Shown here: one piece after another, positions 61,001 to 64,000 of the stretch | Position numbering within the stretch: position 1 is the stretch's first letter | How the letters are laid out: each line of letters begins with the position of its first letter | Origin: a virus | IMG/VR virus record: IMGVR_UViG_3300000115_000007 | Location: 27,664 to 91,663 of that record | DNA length: 64,000 nt | Direction: 5' to 3' (one strand) | Position numbers and translations under genes: made by a program | The notes under the pieces: model-generated | Databases searched by the model: none | What the model saw: only the letters and a program-made list of their open reading frames with translations | What the model was told of the DNA's origin: nothing

Positions 61001-64000
61001 CGAGAAAATTTCCTATGTAACATACGAGAAAACTAAAAATATTGCTATTAAGAAAGCTACAGCTGATTATGACTTTGATGTTTTAGGTAAAATCAATGCT
61101 GATAGCGGACTATATATTGGTGGTGTTGATATTGCAGATATATACGATTCAGATTGGGTCGAAAGTATTGTTGATCTTGAATTCTTAAAATCTGTTGTAG
61201 ATAGCGATTATATTCATAGTGCTGCCGATTCTACTTGGATTAAATCTGATGTTGGTGGTGGTGTAACCCAATCATATGTTCAAGGCTTTATCGATAGCGC
61301 ACATATTCATAATATTCTCGCTGGTGGTATGAATGATCTTCTTGTTAAAAATATTACTCCTGACAATGATCTTGTATACGATTTAGGTAGTCCAACAAGA
61401 AGATTTAAAGATCTTTATTTAAGTAACAGCACTATAAATCTAGGTACTATATCATTAAGTGCTACTGCAACTGATGGTCTTTCCGTGAAAGATAGTGGAG
61501 GTAATACACTAAAATTCAAAGGTATTGACTCTGATGCTGCTAGCGGTATGATTGACTCAGCATATGTTCAGTCGAGAGCCAATTCTGAATATATTAGAGG
61601 TGTTGCTGATAGTGCGTATATTCTTTCTGCCGCCGATAGTGAATATGTTGAACATATAATTCATAGTAGATTTAATAATCTTAATACAAGCATCGTTCCA
61701 TTAAATGATGTTGTATACGATTTAGGTAGTCCAACAAAAAGATTTAGAGATCTTTATTTAAGTGGTAATAGTCTTAATCTTGGTGGTACAACTCTGTCGG
61801 CTGGCCCTAATGGAATGGAAGTTAAAGATGCTAACGGTATCGCATCAAAAGTAGTAGGTATTGACTCAAATGTTGCTGTACCTCTTATTATATCAAATGT
61901 GTTAAGCACTGCTAACGAAGCATATATTAAAGGATTCGCTAACGAAACTTATATTAAAGGCATTGCGGATGAAACTTACATTAAAGGATTCGCTAACGAA
62001 ACTTATATTAAAGGCATTGCGGATGAAACTTATATTAAAGGCATTGCGGATGAAACTTATATTACGTCATTTATTGATAGCGCATATGTCGCATTACGCA
62101 ACCATGTTGATAGCGCGTTTGTCTCTGGGCTAATAAGTAATATTGGCGTGACTGATACACGTATTGGTTCGCAGAATATTAATTTTGGTCCACATACTAT
62201 TACTGCTGATAAATTAGTTTATAATAATGCTTATCCAAATCTTGCAGCATTACCGAATGCAAATAATTATCAAGGTAATTTTGTTCTCGAGAATGGTGTT
62301 CCAAAGTATTCATATGCTGGAAACTGGATTACAATTCCTGATGTTGCGTTGGTCAAACTTTATGCTGACAGCGCAGCGGCTGCTCTTGTTGATGCGGCTC
62401 CTGATACACTAAATACATTGAATGAGCTAGCTGCAGCATTAGGAGATGATGCTAATTTCTCAACTACTCTAACAACTAGTATTGCTGCTAAACTTCCATT
62501 GGCTGGTGGCACCATGACCGGTGCATTAGACATGGGCAGTAATAACATTACCACAACTGGTAAAATGTTATTTGCTAATGTTTATAGTGCTGAAGGAGAT
62601 CTCCCAAGCGCTTCTACATATCATGGTATGTTTGCTCACGTGCACGGAACTGGGGCTGCCTACTATGCTCATGCCGGTGCATGGGTTAAATTAGCAAATA
62701 ACGCTACAACAATTGCTGGTTATGGTATTACTGATGCTGTGGATTCATTTGCTTCAATTTCTAATATTCCAACAACAATTGCTGGTTACGGTATTACTGA
62801 TGCTGTGGATTCATTTGGTTCATTAACAAATAAACCAACTACGCTTGCTGGTTATGGTATTACTGATGCTGTGGATTCATTTGCTTCATTAACAAATAAA
62901 CCAACTACGCTTGCTGGTTACGGTATTACTGATGCTGGTTCTGGAAGTTTAGATTCATCATTGGCAGTACAGCTTATCGATAGCGCATATGTATCAGCTA
63001 GATCTTCAACTACTCTTAATGCTCTAACTGATGTTAATGCTCCGTCACCGACAGATGGTCAAGCATTAGTATATAATACAGCGACAAGTAAATGGATTCC
63101 CGGCGCAGGCGGTGGCGGCGGTGGTGGCGGAGCGCCCAGTGTTGATTCAGCCTTTGTTCAAAGCATTATAACACAAAACGGAGTTGTTGGACAATATTTA
63201 CCATCGTATGTTAACTATAAATTTAATGCTGATTCTGGTCAAACTGTGTTTACTGGTACAGATGCTAATGGCGAAATATTTAAATTAGGTGATAGTAATT
63301 ATCAAGTATTTAATAACGGTATTCGCTTAGTTAACTTAAATGATTATACTGTAAATTCTGCTACAAATACTTTAACAACAACATATGGCTTAGATTCTGG
63401 CGATGAAATTATTGTTAACACTATTGAAAATGTTTTGGTTGGTGATGCACTATTAGCTAATGCCGATGCTACAACTATTATTGATAGTTCATATGTCTTA
63501 GCTAGATCCTCAGCCGGAGTTACTACTCTTGGTGCTTTAACTGATGTTAACGATGCTGGAAAAGCACTAAATAGTATTTTACTATATGATGGTTCAGGTA
63601 GTTGGGTTTCAGGAGCTCTTCCTGCTTCTACTGATTCGAATGCTGTTGTTCAGCTAATTGATAGCGCATATGTTAATGCACGAGCTCAGCTAACAAATGT
63701 ATCAAATAATTATTATATCAATAAAACAACTTTCCAAAATTATCAGTATACCGCTGATTCTGGTCAAACAGTGTTTACTGGTGCTGATAATAATGGAAAA
63801 ACTCTAACAGTTGAAGATAGTAATTTCCAAGTATTTAACAATGGTATTAGATTGCTGAGTGGTAATGACTATACTATGAATACTGCAACTAATACATTAA
63901 CACTTGCTGCCGGATTTGAAGCAGACTCTGGTGATGATTTTGTTATTAATGTGCTAAATCAAGGAACTGCTCAACCTCCTAATTTAGTTGTAAGAGACGC
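49029..64000 (+). CDS. giant tail fibre / adhesin, >4,990 aa, 3'-truncated by window edge
   Basis: Starts MASIIQIKRS...LAIGEMAYSY; same frame open at every point I translated and at 64000; ORF track lists nothing in this frame (no stop); YadA-like xIG repeats, TLNELAAALGDDANF, PTTLAGYGITDA fibre motifs. Confidence 0.88.
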   Translation, partial: MASIIQIKRSATQTIPTSLAIGEMAYSYADSANSPGTAKLYIGIGPPVDSAHIVPNMATQIVTIGGEYYTNLLGSGMPGISVANQYVLLDSNRKIDYQAFGNLVADSGTISKFMSDSAAIAYANIDSAHILTLSGRSITFDSGVISQFSADSARLTYAHIDTSYQPLITGPDQIIIDPTAVGDNTGRVLIKGDLQVDGTQTIVNSTTVSTNDINITVADEAVDSAAADGAGLSVFGDSFYDRAHLKWNATTNKWNVNPGIVTSTIDATDSGDIQNLTGDYVGYARGIISQFMSDSARIEHLVTNTQHNQNTETVGTASTQNLVLRSSLPQRVLFSDSIDVVRGVDNFLYVESDLANDNDNNKYFRDDKKEGLFIGRQRLRDSGYYNTFIGADGTVRGTTFKFGEDGKPTAVPGGFDGYTGFTYPDMPSMGQRELDFYGLEIRDSGLFSTLQQNVFKTDMSVESAATLSLTGDSLGMIRILGSLDSSLIELRKDGSINFVGGLFQDNSEYIGGGLFKPVPGNNIGDVAYRPDPTVAAQTGANPLGLGNRLAYGIAEPKLGFDITSKSFQVSAKFDPTTVASRKLFPSNLQATATMAAFGQDIDDSNKARLLFDGNAARFRAGYFDYEDIHVNNMGLYSNAFGFSSRAFGDYSFAAGDSAKALSNYSIAMGQKPLVSSGAANGIVLGGLSSVNTNGISTPETQFAGAAIGFNNNITGDLENAIAIGRSNTLATTASWSSSQSHYQNVAIGIDNSVSSIVGANVILGANNKIFGDGNVTIGGSFDNGVAGSNKIGVVGTNATANYTFGENNTVAGSFNFTIGEGNTVVDALTNRTLTFGHTNTVSADDAMAFGRQNTVAGEGSMAFGRGVTITAAADYSVGMNLNGNPAEFAEIKDANFFSIQNGNVSIGSESDMSAIGFASGIGNLYVDGDIIYTGAVLKRAGAGVAADNPWTDDGFSVTFTQVPADGSKELGINVPVPYSSTEIVTDYGNSHKGGFMIHGGWDGAWRDPSTNRNTEAGPATIEMFDSAGGASTFASIASNNPSVFAYYPPAGILRAGRVKVTDQDQDSIGEGSISIGYYHKVHSNYGVALGGKEASIIATSMTADHFGTIISSTSSKVGGVGGKPGTNSGLRSFIIGGSGAEIGGSKSAILNSETSKIDSDAEKSIIINANSANIYGDKSVILGGQGSTIGGSKSSGTSSTPTYSMILNSVSSTIDSASDYSTIINGNSSTKISGQSSAIIGHGIVEGNNAAIIGKGRIDGNSSFILGYGGTTTAVVKGNSSLLIGKGTIRGNNSTMVGTTGGEANGNNSLAIGGSGSKVHGINSISIANGTGDNYIRGSRSVFIGHGNTDSSAATSALFGTPTSGTRTRNFFIGRNNVVDSVGHAVSDNYIFGHGNIVSTTNAQSVFLIGKNTKLDTNTTNTIILSAPSSSANVGKNNNTKLAVGKNTARGTMDVAGGNIYFGHKSGLRVEDVDGDGNPITRAADSFDAQIYINDQPIRDYIMNIDPDGEDVVLIPQPVVLPLSTVTEIEQTNPAILVVKNTNGLLTDGTTIRFSLPSVTGIGQFLNDSVYTVTNVVGGLGDSFSLTNFDNTLNVSTLSGASRQKNTEIKTLSSTIGDPNYYDVSQWGLPDASPTPALPFGPYISLQPAPVTTTAPTHFLNSVIIDSDLIVKGTVSFQDSLSVAKDAIINGNLDVQTGYIDGGGHLNIASFATFGDSVNVSGRLTVDGPFTGGTFALFTDSITMAGDLSGVENLTASGTGTFGDSVNITGKLTVSDSISVGGSVNIVNNLTIGGSVRWLDNSYDDSFYIGNMSFDSYVLRPGSKIFTAVTGMFDTDYVQMRVDSENNWVVMPDALVYNPNDKPKAVAIGLSNDATWTGQYKTMQDGNIYPGTFQTTEYQLSSAFNKGDIHNGGTSGDSIGLDMQGRLNVRTNAFYMANNTKPPIMANGVGWPTKGWMTQDNYIDRPYILSIVDSGHIKGIADSDHIKSAANRGWIRSHIDSAFVISIWDSDYYWKHDSFNAIYIGVPHNGGYGAKGSRYDGNVKLALNQTGQTATHNLDIVGDGKLSKSLEAHGDFIWAKNNLKVGNFTGIRDSSVNESKLIGTRGLYVGDSAHLRQGVLVLGHDNIPNGSYTYTMDSQYWNVKQTVSLNNANIADGFNLDGSPSDSHVVMSFSDSINFGRTIVRRTIADGTSSNLVRGVDYDSLGNRALFDSAIYGYGQAKYDPFMIDPNRLKKIYVKEASLLPTDLSLVAREMHTGLDENSKNSLIIGKFITAPGGGSIISKDSNYFDDNGGSLSVQAGLAVHGVTDPIIKVYKEDGATLKGQLRKGIDFEITDSYQVRVFTDTILHPGIFPGGVGVGESIDDAIIKLDDVIVIEDRRNELTSQTELFGVTNIYGNITLGNKAMAMAARPGYPHTGAKFTTHDSFIVKGGMTFEQGQRLQYNADVHVDSTKTFFFGPKTPGDVTTTTLFEPLLESDGAGNLISGSLVHARYNGKSQATDASGNLLYTTVAESDNFGHILHTHEATLRETSMDSHIVNQIASRSLTIGENNTIFIGPSVNSAPYFKAESDGIGNLLGWDESAGSYNGTFTPKNAAGGYDIDATNGNGPDPRIYTTDVYRSSIDSHIINTIATVPTGMSLSTDTDFTVHGDVIVKEDLKISQNLYLDSAHRMFTSTPIYYYKYDSDGNYTTPKSITGVVRTRDTGVFNNYPANQKFTRYQKLYIDRVDGVIQQIESDGLGNLIKLKNADGTDKIAQIGLDSHIERIIDSDYIGVRLETPWNILNVDDGVGGVQKKIYYDEYGAVIVGQKDALLIGDLATKFIVDSGNAVFLSSGIDASASEVHRTKGQVPNFGTKPRMMWIPKRGAFRVGGLNVGSITGRQNDWEDSNVGYASIGIGNNTKASAFSTAVGYDVVAGVTAGDPLATPVEYETAEAVAFGHTIKSPHSASIALGSHITHHEDTQYTDIGMLSIGTQLQSRNAGNISIGKGISLPQLTDTSGSYENILAIGEAIQIYGKNKETVAIGRGLETSGDNANNTVLIGRGVNSTGSNNGLAIGYNTSSNASLSGAPSATHAVSIGKNTVAASAKALSIGYGASVTGTKGIEAVSIGRNTSVTANYGFALGTSTSVGGNATSTIVIGISSTASSNASNALVIGKSSSVSSNATGSVVVGQSSSIGSNMKSSVALGVSNTMSGNGTGAVAMGRLVNVSGSSGIRVGIGSNVTARTGVAIGLNSSASGSGSNSVAIGSGNYASYGGVAIGKNVSQSGSGSGFAIGRDITTSSKGMVIGINSSATRSSLAIGSGATASGTNSVSLGTGTVAGSPGSTKSNIVAVGFRTTVTGNSTNSINIGSKNLISGNKESVAVGSSNIISGNGTRGIAIGIQNVVSKEGIAIGRSNRSTKSQLVMGVGNVSAPASGNGDWEITIGSYNTGNFSSNIIGKLNTNNTRVNIFGNNNTNSNSGAQSNLAKSYIFGITSTISTGGGMVYGKTSNVSHEGQSYGIQNTVTREGIAFGYNNNINNVMSSATMSIAYGRDNTANSEGIAFGYNNTVTNSGIAFGRDATADENGIALGRSLTAYGTNNLALGSNITIGSVGNVNLNSVAIGLGTTANTATETGVFSVQGGQTTLSVTAFDEKNNVPATNSGGFGHQHKNLLKPNLQVGTPFALEVNGPVNITGTGVNGNKNELYIQGERIIDYVQLFAADSTWIKHIANAPYVKNIINKEYLRTTQTSDQFFHHNNTHLNFNGQGNVGIQIANNAPQYNLDVNGSINFGSLYWNGDVVIPSGGYDSTIYLNHYTNEIQYIIDPDSAEIYFDSAYVQQRQKFGGKGDGYDSIAVQNLIDEVYINDLVYHVWPDSDYIDGKLDSAVSEAYIAFRVENPVGIGQSRYSFGTRAGNAQFNNPVAVNQQFYGTRTGIGKAINNVNGSTVAMTAGEDMLDIMNKNLTTSGAGLGVAGRVVIAGPSATSTEPALQIFNGYIEVDGERLTTDKLFNEKISYVTYEKTKNIAIKKATADYDFDVLGKINADSGLYIGGVDIADIYDSDWVESIVDLEFLKSVVDSDYIHSAADSTWIKSDVGGGVTQSYVQGFIDSAHIHNILAGGMNDLLVKNITPDNDLVYDLGSPTRRFKDLYLSNSTINLGTISLSATATDGLSVKDSGGNTLKFKGIDSDAASGMIDSAYVQSRANSEYIRGVADSAYILSAADSEYVEHIIHSRFNNLNTSIVPLNDVVYDLGSPTKRFRDLYLSGNSLNLGGTTLSAGPNGMEVKDANGIASKVVGIDSNVAVPLIISNVLSTANEAYIKGFANETYIKGIADETYIKGFANETYIKGIADETYIKGIADETYITSFIDSAYVALRNHVDSAFVSGLISNIGVTDTRIGSQNINFGPHTITADKLVYNNAYPNLAALPNANNYQGNFVLENGVPKYSYAGNWITIPDVALVKLYADSAAAALVDAAPDTLNTLNELAAALGDDANFSTTLTTSIAAKLPLAGGTMTGALDMGSNNITTTGKMLFANVYSAEGDLPSASTYHGMFAHVHGTGAAYYAHAGAWVKLANNATTIAGYGITDAVDSFASISNIPTTIAGYGITDAVDSFGSLTNKPTTLAGYGITDAVDSFASLTNKPTTLAGYGITDAGSGSLDSSLAVQLIDSAYVSARSSTTLNALTDVNAPSPTDGQALVYNTATSKWIPGAGGGGGGGGAPSVDSAFVQSIITQNGVVGQYLPSYVNYKFNADSGQTVFTGTDANGEIFKLGDSNYQVFNNGIRLVNLNDYTVNSATNTLTTTYGLDSGDEIIVNTIENVLVGDALLANADATTIIDSSYVLARSSAGVTTLGALTDVNDAGKALNSILLYDGSGSWVSGALPASTDSNAVVQLIDSAYVNARAQLTNVSNNYYINKTTFQNYQYTADSGQTVFTGADNNGKTLTVEDSNFQVFNNGIRLLSGNDYTMNTATNTLTLAAGFEADSGDDFVINVLNQGTAQPPNLVVRD
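61365..61763 (+). repeat. dispersed 60-bp direct repeat (61365-61424 and 61704-61763)
   Basis: 57/60 identical; encodes VYDLGSPT(R/K)RF(K/R)DLYLS. Confidence 0.85.
61911..62072 (+). repeat. six tandem 27-bp coding repeats
   Basis: ANEAYIKGF ANETYIKGI ADETYIKGF ANETYIKGI ADETYIKGI ADETYITSF. Confidence 0.92.
62703..62936 (+). repeat. 3.5 tandem 66-bp coding repeats
   Basis: (P/A)TT(I/L)AGYGITDAVDSF(A/G)S(I/L)(S/T)N(I/K) tail-fibre repeat. Confidence 0.92.

Noticed and set aside
61365-61763. 60-bp duplicated segment as a diversity-generating retroelement TR/VR pair
   Set aside because: Mismatches (C/G, G/A, A/G) are not one-directional adenine substitutions, both copies are mid-gene, and no reverse transcriptase is in the window.
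49603-62554. Short ORFs listed in the track across 49.6-62.6 kb
   Set aside because: Alternative-frame or antisense fragments inside the giant fibre ORF.
61911-62936. 27-bp and 66-bp repeats as a CRISPR array
   Set aside because: Tandem with no unique spacers, in-frame multiples of 3, encode fibre motifs; no cas genes.
1-64000. tRNA/rRNA genes, introns, inteins, homing endonucleases, transposases
   Set aside because: No cloverleaf motifs, interrupted core genes or HNH/GIY-YIG/transposase motifs seen by eye; the TnsA-like gene is the standard head-completion protein gp4. A tRNAscan/Infernal run would be needed to exclude small RNAs.

Overview
This is a 64-kb segment of an AT-rich T4-like (myovirus) phage genome, probably marine or aquatic. 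No tRNA, rRNA, CRISPR array or mobile element was found. 1-8.2 kb: small early genes driven by sigma70-type promoters (T[G/T]TACA-N17-TAnnnT), including two HEXXH metallopeptidases, an HD/SpoT-like hydrolase, a stand-alone NAD-ligase Ia domain and gp33. 8.2-14.3 kb: gp32, then a minus-strand block of gp4, gp2, gp54, gp26, gp51 and a tape-measure-like gene. 14.4-36.3 kb: late baseplate/tail operon (gp48, gp53, hub, gp5 split into three hydrolase-bearing genes, gp25, gp6, gp7, gp8, a VrlC/DUF4815-like protein and a fibre). 36.3-48.2 kb is the most striking region: a tightly coupled 16-gene cluster with four radical SAM-SPASM/twitch enzymes, one cobalamin-binding radical SAM, five Fe(II)/2OG-type oxygenases and five unknown proteins. 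It surrounds a late-promoter, virion-like protein ending in CHASCHSSCHAARGRR and looks like a phage-encoded RiPP-like system that modifies a structural protein (inference). From 49,029 to the window end is a single >4,990-codon fibre/adhesin ORF missed by the ORF track. Other signals: a probable -1 frameshift joining gp26 and gp51, strong Asp-Ser enrichment in some virion proteins, an orphan antisense promoter, and a nearly G-free ORF. All family assignments come from motif recognition, not database searches.
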